Positions 18,365 through 28,539 are shown, counted from the first letter of the stretch. The stretch: DNA of 64,000 nucleotides from Deltaproteobacteria bacterium (GCA_033763315.1 JANRKS010000024.1:64001-128000); one strand, 5' to 3'. Notes: generated from the sequence alone by a model not told the origin. Made by a program: numbers and translations.

Positions 18365-19341
18365 GTCCCCTTCATCGAAACAGATGCGCCTTCGCCATGC
18401 GATGCAGGTGCCAGCGCCACTTGCGTGTTCTCTCCGGTCCGAAAGAAGAGAAACGCACCGACCGCCACGCCTATAGCTCCAACTCCCAGGAGCGCGACCG
18501 ATATCGTCCTCGATGATTTGGCCGAGTCCTCTTTGGCTGCGTCATAGAACTCTGCGTTTCGGGCATCGGATGCCAGGGATGAAGACCGAACGCCGAAGAT
18601 TACACCCGCACCCACCAAAGCTGCCCCTCCGCCAAGCACCGACCACGCCAACACTTTTGAGCCTTCTTCTCTGCCACTGGCTGGCGCCTCAGCCAAACCT
18701 GCAGACGCTCCAACGGCGGCAGGGGCCGCGTTGTCATCTGACGGAGCCGAAGGCTTCGACGAGAGCACCGCTTTCGCCGCGCTTGGCTTAAGCAGCACAT
18801 TCACCTGAACCGCCTGGCCCGCCATCACCATCCTGTTTTCCTCGAAACGGTCGTAGCCGTCTGCAGTCACGGAGATGGCCACTGATCCCGGTAGAACGAA
18901 CGTCGATTGGGTCTCAGGAAGGCGCCCCAATACGTCTCCACCCACGACCACCAATGCACCCGACGGCTCGCCGGCCACAACAACACGGCCCAACTGAGTT
19001 TCGACGTCGGCCTTGGCCTTTTCAAGGACAGAGCGATTCTTTGAAACCCAGACGTCCGATTCGGTTGCGAGCGCATCAGCAAGGTGAATCTGTGCCGAGA
19101 GCCACTGGCTGAGCGCTTGCTCGCAGAGCCCTAGTTGCGCAGCTGCACGGGCGGTATGAGCGACCTCGTAGGCCTTTTGAAAATTTGCGAGGGCTTCACG
19201 ATCCTGCCCCTTCCGCCGCAATTCGACGCCTTTGCGGATGTGCACTTCTTCGCGGCCATCCGCTGCTTGGGCGCCCTTTAACTGACCTCCCCACACAAGC
19301 GCAATCAAACTAAGCAAAACCCGCCCCGAATATTTTTGCAT
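18358..19341 (-). CDS. Exported TPR + PEGA protein
   Basis: Signal peptide; TPR GVELRRKGQDREALANFQKAY; PEGA GEPSGALVVVGG...SVTADGY; C-terminus GASVSMKGTW. Start 19341 or 19365; stop overlaps the lipoprotein start. Confidence 0.85.
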   Translation of the reverse strand: MQKYSGRVLLSLIALVWGGQLKGAQAADGREEVHIRKGVELRRKGQDREALANFQKAYEVAHTARAAAQLGLCEQALSQWLSAQIHLADALATESDVWVSKNRSVLEKAKADVETQLGRVVVAGEPSGALVVVGGDVLGRLPETQSTFVLPGSVAISVTADGYDRFEENRMVMAGQAVQVNVLLKPSAAKAVLSSKPSAPSDDNAAPAAVGASAGLAEAPASGREEGSKVLAWSVLGGGAALVGAGVIFGVRSSSLASDARNAEFYDAAKEDSAKSSRTISVALLGVGAIGVAVGAFLFFRTGENTQVALAPASHGEGASVSMKGTW

Positions 19342-19434
19342 CGTGCCTCGGAGCCGGCCTAGCATGGGCGCAACGACATCGCCACTGCCCCAGGATTCTC
19401 GTTGAACTGCCTCAATTTGTCTATTAGAAGCGAA

Positions 19435-21099
19435 CTAAGTGGCCGGGGCCAGCGGCGCGCGCCTCCACAACCAAACCCCAAGGGCGCCGAGTGCCACCAA
19501 CGCCGCCAAACTCGCCACCCCTTTGCCCGGACGCTTCGGCAAGAAGTTCAAGAACCACCAATCGATTCGAGCACGGGCGTAGCTTTCGTCGATGCGGAAC
19601 TTCACCCAGGTGTAGCGGTGCCAGGCGGCGTCGCGTTCGGCGGTGGCGGCGTCGTCGCCGCGCAGGACGTGTTGCAGCAGCCACCAGTGGCCGTCGAGCG
19701 GGTTAAAGGGTGCCAACCAGGTCATGGGGTGAATGTCTTCAAAGCACGGATCGCATTCTCCGTTTACGACCGGAGCCAACGCGCCCGAGCGGTTGGGGGA
19801 GCCAAGCCACCCGATGCGCGCTTGCTTGGCCACGCGGATATAGTGATCCCAGTAAAGTGCGTTGCCCAGCACCTGCACGCTAAGGCCCAGCACGGCTGCC
19901 AACGCCACCGGCGCCACCACCAAGCGGATGCTTCGTTGCAACCAACGATCGAGTAGAACTGCCGCAGGCAACATCAGAACCGGCGTTGCAAACACGCAGA
20001 AGCGAGGGCCCCAGCACCAGTCACCCGTCCAATGATTCAACACCGCCAAGTGAAGAAACACGGGGCCACAAGACAAGAGCAACAACATGAAGGCATCGTG
20101 TGTGCGGGGCCGCCACAGCGAAGTTAACCCGGCCAGGCCCAAAACAAGAGGCGGGCTATAAACGAGCAAGCTCTTGCCTGGTGACAAGAACACACCCCAC
20201 AGACCCATCAACACATTCTGCTTCATCGGCGCATCAGCCAGCGTGGACCACCAGTAGAGCGTGGAACCGAAGCGAAGTTGGCTTTCAATGAACAGCCACG
20301 CTGCGCCCGCGAGGAACACGGGCAGACTGCGCGTGCCAAGCCACGATTGTGCTTGCGCCTCGTCACGCAGCTTCCACACAAGCCACACGGCCACGGGCGC
20401 CACAAGCAAGACAAACGACCAACGCACGTTGATGAGCGCCGCCGCCCACACGCCAAGGCAAAGCGCACTTCGTTGAGTTGGCGCCTTCAAGAGCTGCAAA
20501 GCACTTAGGAAAAAACCCGTGAACACGAATGTCTCGATCGCAGGGGGCCAAGGCGATCGCGCATAAACCCAAACGATGGTGCCAAACGCAAGCAAGGCTG
20601 TGGCGATGAAGGAAGCGCGACGGCCGAGGTTTAAAAGGCTGCATAGACTGAGGAACAACCAACACGTCCCCGCCATCAAAACGGCGGGAGCTAGGTGTGA
20701 CGCCAACACCAACAGATGCGATTCGCCTCCCCGCCACACCTTCATCCACAGGGCCTTCACGATCACGCCTGGCACATGCACCAACGACGTGAGCAAGGGA
20801 TGCGGGCTTTGCATCGTGCCGTTGGGTGTGGCAACGGCGGGGAACGGCAAAGTGGTGGTGTGATCATGAACCAAACGTTCAGCCGTGAAATACACGAAGC
20901 TGCCATCAGTCCACGGCCGCTCGCGGCTGGTTGTGAGCAGGTAAAACGCGCTTAAGGCAACGACAAAGCCCACCTTCGCAGGCAAACGCCCGCTACGAAT
21001 CGCTTGGATCCAAAACGTGATCCAGTCTCGAGAATGCGCTGCAACAGAAGACGGCAAGTCGGACGGATGCTGCCCGGCAGTAACGCCGTCGTCAAGCAA
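19435..21099 (-). CDS. Multi-TM GT-C-fold glycosyltransferase-like protein, paralog B
   Basis: Shares with 5804-7378 the motifs SRE-x-PW-x-D, WVYARSP, SPGKSLLVYSPP, WTGDWCWGPRF, YWDH-x-IR, CDPCFED, GHWWLL, ARIDWW. Start uncertain. Confidence 0.72.
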   Translation of the reverse strand: MLDDGVTAGQHPSDLPSSVAAHSRDWITFWIQAIRSGRLPAKVGFVVALSAFYLLTTSRERPWTDGSFVYFTAERLVHDHTTTLPFPAVATPNGTMQSPHPLLTSLVHVPGVIVKALWMKVWRGGESHLLVLASHLAPAVLMAGTCWLFLSLCSLLNLGRRASFIATALLAFGTIVWVYARSPWPPAIETFVFTGFFLSALQLLKAPTQRSALCLGVWAAALINVRWSFVLLVAPVAVWLVWKLRDEAQAQSWLGTRSLPVFLAGAAWLFIESQLRFGSTLYWWSTLADAPMKQNVLMGLWGVFLSPGKSLLVYSPPLVLGLAGLTSLWRPRTHDAFMLLLLSCGPVFLHLAVLNHWTGDWCWGPRFCVFATPVLMLPAAVLLDRWLQRSIRLVVAPVALAAVLGLSVQVLGNALYWDHYIRVAKQARIGWLGSPNRSGALAPVVNGECDPCFEDIHPMTWLAPFNPLDGHWWLLQHVLRGDDAATAERDAAWHRYTWVKFRIDESYARARIDWWFLNFLPKRPGKGVASLAALVALGALGVWLWRRAPLAPAT

Positions 21100-21128
21100 T
21101 GCATAACCGCAAAAGGCTGTATTGCGGC

Positions 21129-22826
21129 TTAGAATCTACCTTGCGCAGACAACGCGGGCGTGAGGCTCCAGCGCCCATTCGCGTTTTGGGTAGGCATAGC
21201 CGAAATGGTGGGAACGATCGAAGCGGCAGATGGCTTGACGTTCTGATCCATGCCTGCGGTGAGAAACCACCCCGCCGCAAACCCGAGCCCACCGCCAATG
21301 AGGGCCAGCTTCGTGGTGGTGGGGGTGTCCTCAAACGAGCAGGAGGGGTTGTCGCTCGTGTCCGAGCCGTTCGGCATCATGGTGGTGGCCAAGGTGCTTG
21401 GCGGAGCCTTCTTGCTGTCCTTGGTGCAATTCGGAATCGTCCCGGCAACCGCTCCTGCAAACACGCCGGCGGCCACCGTGAGATCCACCAGCACGACGCG
21501 CTGCCAAGAAGGCCCTCGGTCGTCGCGCCCCGCTCGAACGGCACCTGCTATGCCGACGAGTAACCCCACATTTAGGCCCGCAAGGGCAACAAGTTCGGAG
21601 TGATCGTGCGCGAAGTCAAACGCGGGCACGGCCAAAACACCAGCCAGACCACCCATGGCGGCGAGGCTCTGGATCAGGGTCACTCGCCCATAGGACGGCG
21701 CAAACGAATCAGTGAGAGCGCCCAGGCTCGACCCCACAACCAACCCGGCCGCTCCTCCCGCGAGGCCGGAGGTCAAGCCGGGCCTCACAGATAGGGCGGC
21801 CAGTGTTCCCTCCAAAGTTCCCATCGTCATCCAGCCAATGCGGTACATGGATCTGTTATCGGGGATGTAGCTGGGGGCCAAGCGCGAGCCAAGCAATCCA
21901 CCCGCCACAGCCCCTGCGCCCGCGGCTGCCGCCAGCAGGGACAACGACGCTGGATTGGGTTGGCCGACGTCGACGCTGCGATCGGCGGCCAAATCCATCA
22001 CCAACGCCACAGAGCCAACGGCGCCCAGCAACCCCCACGCGGTGATCAAATCAGGGCGACCGCTGCGTTGCACGTAGCGAAGACGAAAGTCGACGACTGT
22101 GTCCTGGCCGGCCCGCACCTCAACTGTGTCGCGGCGGCTTTCATGGTTGTCGGCTTCTGCGTAAATCTCGTAAAGGCCCGGCTCCACGCGTTGGTTGTAA
22201 GGGTTCTCCGCACGCATGCCGCGTACGAATAACGTGGTTCGCTTGGGATCCGTGGCGATGATCAAACGCCCCGGCACGGGATCCAACTTGAAGAACATGG
22301 GCAACGTTTCCGCAATGCCCACATTTACGTCGCGCACCTGTGCTTGAAAATTGGGGCGCGTGACGGTGATGCGGTAGCGACCCTTCGGAACCAAAAACTC
22401 GTTGGGCGCTTGACCCTCGTAGGAATGCCCCTGCCCTTCAATCTTGACCGACACGTCGCTTGGCACTGTGTTGATCACGAGCACGCTGGGTCGCCGATCA
22501 ATCGCAGCAATGCGCAGGCGCGCGTTCTCGGCCAGAGTGCTCTTGGGGTCACTGTTCAAAAATGTTTCGTAATGGGCTCGGGCTTCTTTGAGTTTGCCCA
22601 AGTGGTATTCACATTGAGCGAGCATGAACACCACGTCGTTGTTGGGGAACAACTCATACGCAAGCTTGAATTCCACCAACGCTTGCTCGCGATCGCCATG
22701 GTCAAACAAACCAAGGCCCGTCTCGTAATGGTTCCGCGCTTCTTCGCGCGCATCCGCTGCAAAGGCGCAAGGGGTTTGCAGGCTCATAAGCCAAGCGCAC
22801 AAGGCGATCGCGATTGCAAACTTCAC
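21129..22826 (-). CDS. Exported TPR + 2x PEGA protein with Gly/Ala-rich hydrophobic C-terminal half
   Basis: Signal peptide ending AFA; TPR; two PEGA-like units; glycine-zipper-like helices; ends LTPALSAQGRF. Start overlaps the kinase stop. Confidence 0.85.
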   Translation of the reverse strand: MKFAIAIALCAWLMSLQTPCAFAADAREEARNHYETGLGLFDHGDREQALVEFKLAYELFPNNDVVFMLAQCEYHLGKLKEARAHYETFLNSDPKSTLAENARLRIAAIDRRPSVLVINTVPSDVSVKIEGQGHSYEGQAPNEFLVPKGRYRITVTRPNFQAQVRDVNVGIAETLPMFFKLDPVPGRLIIATDPKRTTLFVRGMRAENPYNQRVEPGLYEIYAEADNHESRRDTVEVRAGQDTVVDFRLRYVQRSGRPDLITAWGLLGAVGSVALVMDLAADRSVDVGQPNPASLSLLAAAAGAGAVAGGLLGSRLAPSYIPDNRSMYRIGWMTMGTLEGTLAALSVRPGLTSGLAGGAAGLVVGSSLGALTDSFAPSYGRVTLIQSLAAMGGLAGVLAVPAFDFAHDHSELVALAGLNVGLLVGIAGAVRAGRDDRGPSWQRVVLVDLTVAAGVFAGAVAGTIPNCTKDSKKAPPSTLATTMMPNGSDTSDNPSCSFEDTPTTTKLALIGGGLGFAAGWFLTAGMDQNVKPSAASIVPTISAMPTQNANGRWSLTPALSAQGRF

Positions 22827-24286
22827 TTAAGACCTCGAGCCGGACCGGCATCAGAGCTGGCCTTGCCGAACACCTTATCCGATGTTGGGGCAACGTCATC
22901 ACCTAAGAACTTGATGTTGTTCACTGCAGGTTTGTCTTCTGGGCCCGTTGGCGTTGGAACCACCACGGCTGCTTTGATGTTCGTGGGCCGACGTTGTCGC
23001 ACGGGTGGTGCAAGCGGCGTGGGCGGTGCGGCAGCCGCAGGTGAAGGCATCACAACAGCACCGGGTTGCGTCGGCACCGCGGGCGCTGGCTGTGCAGGTG
23101 CAGGCTTTAACACACGCACAGGCTTGATGTTTTGCGCCTTCTCAGTGTTGATTAAAGAGAAGACGACGCCTGCGCCGAGCAACAACACCCCCACGATGCC
23201 GAGGTGCCAGCGGGGTCCCACACGTTGCGCCTGCAACGCGGCCGAGCTTGGTGGTTCATCGAACGTGACATTCGGATCGCCTGACCGCAGCCGTTCAAGA
23301 TCAACAAGTAGATCCGACATTCGTTGGTAGCGCAGATCCCGATCCTTGGCCAACGCCTTCATCACCACCGCTTCCACCGAAGCCGAGATCCCAAGTTCGG
23401 GAAGCATACGCGACGGCGGCAATGCCTCTGTGTTCAACACCTGTGCGATCACCTGCAGATAATTGTTCGCGCGAAAGGGAACTTCGCCTGTGAGGCACTC
23501 GTAAAACACAATGCCCACCGCCCAAATGTCTGCGCGGGCGTCGATGTCTTCGGCGCCGCGTGCTTGTTCGGGCGACATGTAAAGCGGCGTGCCCAACAGC
23601 ATGCCCGTGCGCGTGAGGCGCAACGTTTCTGGGCCCTCGTCGGCTGTGCGCACGGCCTTCGATACGCCGAAGTCAACCACCTTCACGAAATCATCGTCGC
23701 CGCGGCGGATGAGGTAAATGTTTTCAGGCTTGATGTCGCGGTGAACGATGCCCTTGTCATGTGCGGCTTCAAGCGCGCTTGCCACTTGACGAATGATGTT
23801 CAAACAACGAGACGCCGGCAGCGGCGCTTCGCGCGCCAGCAACGCTGATAACGGCTCGCCATCAAGGTACTCCATGACCACGAATGAACGTGCGTCTTCC
23901 GTCGTACCAAAATCGGTGACATCCACGATGTTTTCATGACCAATCGCGCTGGCCAGGCGAGCTTCCTTGAGCAAGCGGCCCACGAGCTCGCGCTTTTCCA
24001 CCAAACGCTCAAGCAAAACCTTCACAGCCACGCGCTTGTCGATGACCGTGTGGCGCGCCTCATAAACGGCACCCATGCCACCCTCGCCAATCCGCCGCAA
24101 CACTTCGTAACGACCAGCCAGAACCGAGCCTACCAAAGGATCGAGACGCCCATCAATTTTGGATTGATCAGGCAACGCCTTCGTCAAAAACGCTGAGCTG
24201 GCCGCAGCCGTATCATCCACGGCGGCCGCATCCTCTTGGGGCGGCGCTTGCTCTTTGACGTCTTCTTTAGGGTCCTGGCCCTCCAT
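22823..24286 (-). CDS. Hanks-type Ser/Thr kinase with TM helix and Pro-rich tail
   Basis: IGEGGMGAVY, VAVK, HRDIKPEN, DFG, GTPLYMSPEQ, ADIWAVG. Confidence 0.93.
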   Translation of the reverse strand: MEGQDPKEDVKEQAPPQEDAAAVDDTAAASSAFLTKALPDQSKIDGRLDPLVGSVLAGRYEVLRRIGEGGMGAVYEARHTVIDKRVAVKVLLERLVEKRELVGRLLKEARLASAIGHENIVDVTDFGTTEDARSFVVMEYLDGEPLSALLAREAPLPASRCLNIIRQVASALEAAHDKGIVHRDIKPENIYLIRRGDDDFVKVVDFGVSKAVRTADEGPETLRLTRTGMLLGTPLYMSPEQARGAEDIDARADIWAVGIVFYECLTGEVPFRANNYLQVIAQVLNTEALPPSRMLPELGISASVEAVVMKALAKDRDLRYQRMSDLLVDLERLRSGDPNVTFDEPPSSAALQAQRVGPRWHLGIVGVLLLGAGVVFSLINTEKAQNIKPVRVLKPAPAQPAPAVPTQPGAVVMPSPAAAAPPTPLAPPVRQRRPTNIKAAVVVPTPTGPEDKPAVNNIKFLGDDVAPTSDKVFGKASSDAGPARGLK

Positions 24287-24312
24287 CTGGGATTATCCTA
24301 GCTTGAAACTTG

Positions 24313-25320
24313 TCAGGCGGTGGGATCGCGCAGTTGCTCACGCAAGGGGGCGACAAAGCGGCGCAGGGAGACACCGTCGCGGTTCTCGCCCAAATAAGGC
24401 ACAAGATCGCGCGGTAAGTCCAAGAAAAGGCCCGTGAACCAACCTCGCAACAGGGCCGTTAGCAAATCGGGAAAACCAGGCCCCGCCTGTTGGTGACTGC
24501 CGCCCCCCTTGGCGCGCAACATGTGAAGCGCATACGAAAAGTAACGCAGCACTGTGAACGGAAAAGTTGCGAAGCACAGCACGCGGCCGGCCAAGGCGCG
24601 TTGCAACCACAAACGGTTGCGCTCAACATAAAAGAGCTTCAAAGCGCTGCGTTTGCCAGTTGTGTCGGAAAAGCGGTGAACGGCGCGCGCTGCGGAACAA
24701 AAAACGATGCCGCCCCCTTGGCGCCGCACCTTCAGTCCAAGCGCGAGATCTTCGAGGTAAAGGAAAAGGCTGTCGACAAACAATGGGCCACCGCAGTGGC
24801 GCTCCCACGCCGCCCGCGACACAGCAAAAAGCGCGCCCGACGGTGCAACGGCGGCCAACGGAGCTTCAGTATCCGCGGCAGGAAGAGTCAGCCCGCGAGC
24901 CACGTTGACCCCCAGACCATCCCACGTTAGCGACAGCGCAAAGGCATTTACCCTTGCGTCCTCATCAAGCAGCATGCCAGCGACCAAGACGGGCGCTGTG
25001 CCATCCGTCGCCGCAACGATGAGTGCCGATAAGCAGTTCTCTTCAAAGGCGACATCAGGATTCACCACGATCACCACAGGTGCCGTGGTCTGCGGCCACA
25101 AATTGTTGATGCCGCCGCCATAGCCCAAGTTTTCTTGGTTGCTGCTAAGCACGATCGGTAAGTGAGCGAAGGCGGATAAAATGTTGGGATCGAACTTCGC
25201 CGGGCCGTTATGGCAAATGTGGATCCGCTCCACACGGTCAAGCTGAGGTTCAAGTGAACGCAAAAGGGGGATCACACCCTTGCAGTCCCCATACGTCACC
25301 GTGAGAACGTCGGCACGCAC
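24313..25320 (-). CDS. Glycosyltransferase family 2
   Basis: NLGYGGGIN, VNPDV, LFLYLED, ERNRLW. Confidence 0.85.
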   Translation of the reverse strand: MRADVLTVTYGDCKGVIPLLRSLEPQLDRVERIHICHNGPAKFDPNILSAFAHLPIVLSSNQENLGYGGGINNLWPQTTAPVVIVVNPDVAFEENCLSALIVAATDGTAPVLVAGMLLDEDARVNAFALSLTWDGLGVNVARGLTLPAADTEAPLAAVAPSGALFAVSRAAWERHCGGPLFVDSLFLYLEDLALGLKVRRQGGGIVFCSAARAVHRFSDTTGKRSALKLFYVERNRLWLQRALAGRVLCFATFPFTVLRYFSYALHMLRAKGGGSHQQAGPGFPDLLTALLRGWFTGLFLDLPRDLVPYLGENRDGVSLRRFVAPLREQLRDPTA

Positions 25321-25321
25321 C

Positions 25322-25735
25322 TTAGGCGTCTTTCAACGGAGGCGCAGGATCGGAACCGAAACGCGCACGAGCCGACGTATCTGCGCGCAGCCGATCGATT
25401 TGCTCCTGTAACAAAGCCACTTCTTGCACAAGCGCGGTCGAACGCTCTTCCACGCGTGACATCGCCACGAGGCTGCTCAAGTGCAGGTAAGCTAACGTTG
25501 CTATTGCCACAGAGAAGAAAAGGTTTGATGGCAGCGTAAAGCCGAACACAGACACAAGATCGGGCACATAACGAAGCACCACGAAGCCAAGCCCCAACCC
25601 CACCATCAACGTCAAATACGTAAGGCTTGACTGCAGCGTTATGCGTCGCCGGAACAACATCCACAGAATGGCGACGGCGTATACAAAACACACCGCACTA
25701 AACACCCCGTATCTTTCAAGCGCACTCTCTTGCAT
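25322..25735 (-). CDS. DUF2304-like membrane protein
   Basis: Three TM helices, FGFTLPSNLFF, C-terminal LVQEVALL coil; directly downstream of a GT2. Confidence 0.8.
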   Translation of the reverse strand: MQESALERYGVFSAVCFVYAVAILWMLFRRRITLQSSLTYLTLMVGLGLGFVVLRYVPDLVSVFGFTLPSNLFFSVAIATLAYLHLSSLVAMSRVEERSTALVQEVALLQEQIDRLRADTSARARFGSDPAPPLKDA

Positions 25736-25749
25736 GTGTTGCCCTTAAC

Positions 25750-26514
25750 CTATCGACGCTTTCGCCACGGATTCGCGTTGCGCCCCACGGTCAACAACAC
25801 GGCCAGCGTCACCTTGACCATGTAATAGGCGGCCTTGAATCCAAATATGCTACTCGCCCCGCCTTGCCGCTCCTGCATGTGAACGGGCACTTCCACGACT
25901 TTCAAATTCGCCGCACGCGCGATGGCCAGTGATTCAGGCTCCGGATAGTCATAGGGGTAAACCTCATCGAACAGCGTCAAGGCTCGCTTGCCGAACAATC
26001 TGAAGCCTGACGTTGGATCGGCAACCTTGATGCCTGCAGACGCGCGAAGCAGCAAAGATAGCCATGTGATGCCCACCCGCCGCATGCGCGTGCTTTGGAA
26101 GCCTTGCTTGGTCAAGAAGCGTGACCCAATCACAAGATCGGGTTGGTCAGGCCCTTCGGCTCTTTCAAGCAGCTTCTCGAGCTCTGCCGGCGGGTGCTGC
26201 CCATCGCCATCAATTTGCATCGCCCAGTCATACCCGTCGCGAGCCGCGAGCCGCAGTCCCGTTTGCACAGCGGCCCCAATACCAAGGTTCCGGCAAAGGC
26301 TCGCCACACGTACGCCTCTGGCGTGCGCAATCTCCGACGTGCGGTCGACCGAACCGTCATCCACAACAAGAACGTCGAGTTGCGCTCTGGGGCGCAAATA
26401 TCTGTGAGCCTCCTCCAACTGATCGAGAAGGCCCGGCAGCGATTCTTCTTCGTTCAAACAGGGAACGATGACGAGGATTCGACGGGGAGCCAATGTGCAC
26501 GCAACGTACCGCAC
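25750..26514 (-). CDS. GT2 polyprenol-phosphate glycosyltransferase (Dpm1-like)
   Basis: VPCLNEE, VVDDGSVD, NLGIGAAVQTG, QIDGDGQH, DPTSGFR, YPEPES. Start trimmed from 26607. Confidence 0.9.
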   Translation of the reverse strand: MRYVACTLAPRRILVIVPCLNEEESLPGLLDQLEEAHRYLRPRAQLDVLVVDDGSVDRTSEIAHARGVRVASLCRNLGIGAAVQTGLRLAARDGYDWAMQIDGDGQHPPAELEKLLERAEGPDQPDLVIGSRFLTKQGFQSTRMRRVGITWLSLLLRASAGIKVADPTSGFRLFGKRALTLFDEVYPYDYPEPESLAIARAANLKVVEVPVHMQERQGGASSIFGFKAAYYMVKVTLAVLLTVGRNANPWRKRR

Positions 26515-26542
26515 ACCTTCGGCTATCGCCAAACAGATCTGG

Positions 26543-27484
26543 TTAGGGACCCAACCGCACGTCGGTGGCAGGGCCAAGCCGAAGACCGTCCCCGGCGACG
26601 CTGACACCCAGAATGCGACAGAGGGAGCCGCGGTCTAATGCAAGAAAGGTTTCATTGCTGGGTGTCACATCGCGGCTTTGCAGCACATAGGGCACACGGC
26701 CTTCGGCACCACACGCGAACAAACGGGACCGGCCCTTTTCGCGCCGCAGATCGCTCACGACGCGCAGCAAGGTTGCGTCGGGCTTGACCTGCCCCGACTC
26801 TCGCACCGCTAGGAAAGAATAGTCGGCGCGCGGGAGGCTGGGACGGGCGGCGCTGTCGTGGCACCAATCCTTAGGATCCACCAACGCAGGGCACGGCCCT
26901 TGCCAAACACACGGCGCTTCGATGACGAAGCCTTGGGCCACCAACAGGTCGCGCACTTGCAAGAGCGCACGCGAGGTTTCTTTCAAGGCGGGCTCGATCA
27001 ACAACAGCAACCCGCCAGGCGCAAGCCACTGCCGCAGCCAAGATTGCGCCAGCGTCGCGCGCGCTGGGGCTTGCAGATCCGTCAGCTCGTTCAGGAGGTG
27101 CGCGGCCACAATCAAGTCAAAGCGGCCGTTCACCCCTGCAGGCGTGCCCGCTTTACGCAAGTCGAAACCTATGATCCCTGGGCTGGCCACGCGATCGATG
27201 GCAACCACCTCAACACCCGCAAAGCGTTGCTTCAAGGTGGCGCCAACGATGCCCGTGCCCGCGCCAAGATCAAGCACACGTTTGGGCGTCACCGATGGCA
27301 GGTGTTGCTCGAAGATCTTCTGCAGCATCGCCGCCGTTCGGGGCGCAATCTCAGCCGCGTACTGCGCGCGCAGCTTGTCGTCGTTCAAGTAAGCGGTCCC
27401 CACAAGGGCTCGCTCGCCCACGAGGCCCGCGTGCATGCGCGAAGGCTTCTTGCCGGGAGCTCGAGGCATCAGCTTGCCACGCAC
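26543..27484 (-). CDS. Rsm22/METTL17-like SAM-dependent methyltransferase
   Basis: VLDLGAGTG, LLNEL, IEPALKETSR, APCVWQGPCP...DWCH, LFACG. Confidence 0.82.
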   Translation of the reverse strand: MRGKLMPRAPGKKPSRMHAGLVGERALVGTAYLNDDKLRAQYAAEIAPRTAAMLQKIFEQHLPSVTPKRVLDLGAGTGIVGATLKQRFAGVEVVAIDRVASPGIIGFDLRKAGTPAGVNGRFDLIVAAHLLNELTDLQAPARATLAQSWLRQWLAPGGLLLLIEPALKETSRALLQVRDLLVAQGFVIEAPCVWQGPCPALVDPKDWCHDSAARPSLPRADYSFLAVRESGQVKPDATLLRVVSDLRREKGRSRLFACGAEGRVPYVLQSRDVTPSNETFLALDRGSLCRILGVSVAGDGLRLGPATDVRLGP

Positions 27485-28539
27485 TAATTCTTGAACAACT
27501 TCACGATGTCTTTGAACGTGACCAGCACGAACACGCCCATCATCAGCATCAACCCCACCATGTGAACGGTGGCTTCCGTTTTTGCGTTAACCTCGCGCCG
27601 GCCGAGCGAGCTAAACAGCAAAAACACAACGCGCCCGCCATCCAACGCGGGGACTGGCAACAAGTTAAACAAACCAAGATAAACGGACAACATGATCATG
27701 ATGTCCAAGAACTCAAGAGCGCCGTGATCGGCCGCCTGTTTCATGCGTTGGGCTATGCCCACGGGGCCGGACAACTCGGCTTTTTGCTTGCCCGTGATCA
27801 TCTGCCAGAAGCCGTCGAGGATACGCCCCGAAAGGTCGACGGGCACCGTGGCCGCCAAGAGCAACGCCTCAGACATGGGCAAGGGCTGGTGCAGGCTGCC
27901 GCCACCAATTTGAACGCCGATTCGGAAAGCGCCGTCTTTTGACTCAGGCACAACCGAGATGATTTGTTCTTTGCCCGCACGCTGAATCTTGATCGACACG
28001 GGCTTGCCACCCGAAGCGGCAATCACTTGGTTGATCGGGGTGCGCACAGAAAGCGCTTGGCCATTGGCCTCGATAAGTTCATCTCCGTCTTTAAGCCCCG
28101 CCGCTTGTGCCGGCGTGTTGGGCATCACCTTTTCCACCTTCAAGGAAGGCACGCCATAGGCGCCAAACATGATGACGGCTAGAACAACGGCCGTCAGATA
28201 GTTCGCCAAAGCGCCCGAGACCAACACCGCCAAACGCATCCAGCGTGGCCGGTTGGGGAACACATACGGATCTGTGTGATCGAATTCCTCGTGCGGGTTG
28301 AGGCCCGTGATCTGCACGAAGCCTCCCAGAGGAATGGGCGCGATCTGATAGATGGTGTCGCCGCGCTTCACCGAGAACAGCGGCTTGCCAAAACCGATGG
28401 AGAAGCGCTCCACACGCATCCCACACAGCCGGGCCACGATGAAATGCCCCCATTCGTGAACCACGATGAGGAGCGCCAAACCCAAGATGGCGGGAAGATA
28501 GGACACTGCGAGCAAGCCTAGCAGTCGCGTTGTGCGCAC
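27484..28539 (-). CDS. rseP: Site-2 membrane metalloprotease (M50, RseP-like) with PDZ domain
   Basis: HEWGH, FSIGFG, PLGGFV, PDZ, NLLPVPALDGG. Confidence 0.92.
   Translation of the reverse strand: MRTTRLLGLLAVSYLPAILGLALLIVVHEWGHFIVARLCGMRVERFSIGFGKPLFSVKRGDTIYQIAPIPLGGFVQITGLNPHEEFDHTDPYVFPNRPRWMRLAVLVSGALANYLTAVVLAVIMFGAYGVPSLKVEKVMPNTPAQAAGLKDGDELIEANGQALSVRTPINQVIAASGGKPVSIKIQRAGKEQIISVVPESKDGAFRIGVQIGGGSLHQPLPMSEALLLAATVPVDLSGRILDGFWQMITGKQKAELSGPVGIAQRMKQAADHGALEFLDIMIMLSVYLGLFNLLPVPALDGGRVVFLLFSSLGRREVNAKTEATVHMVGLMLMMGVFVLVTFKDIVKLFKN

Noticed and set aside
22344-23330. 328-aa plus-strand ORF
   Set aside because: Antisense to the kinase and TPR-PEGA genes; no recognisable features.
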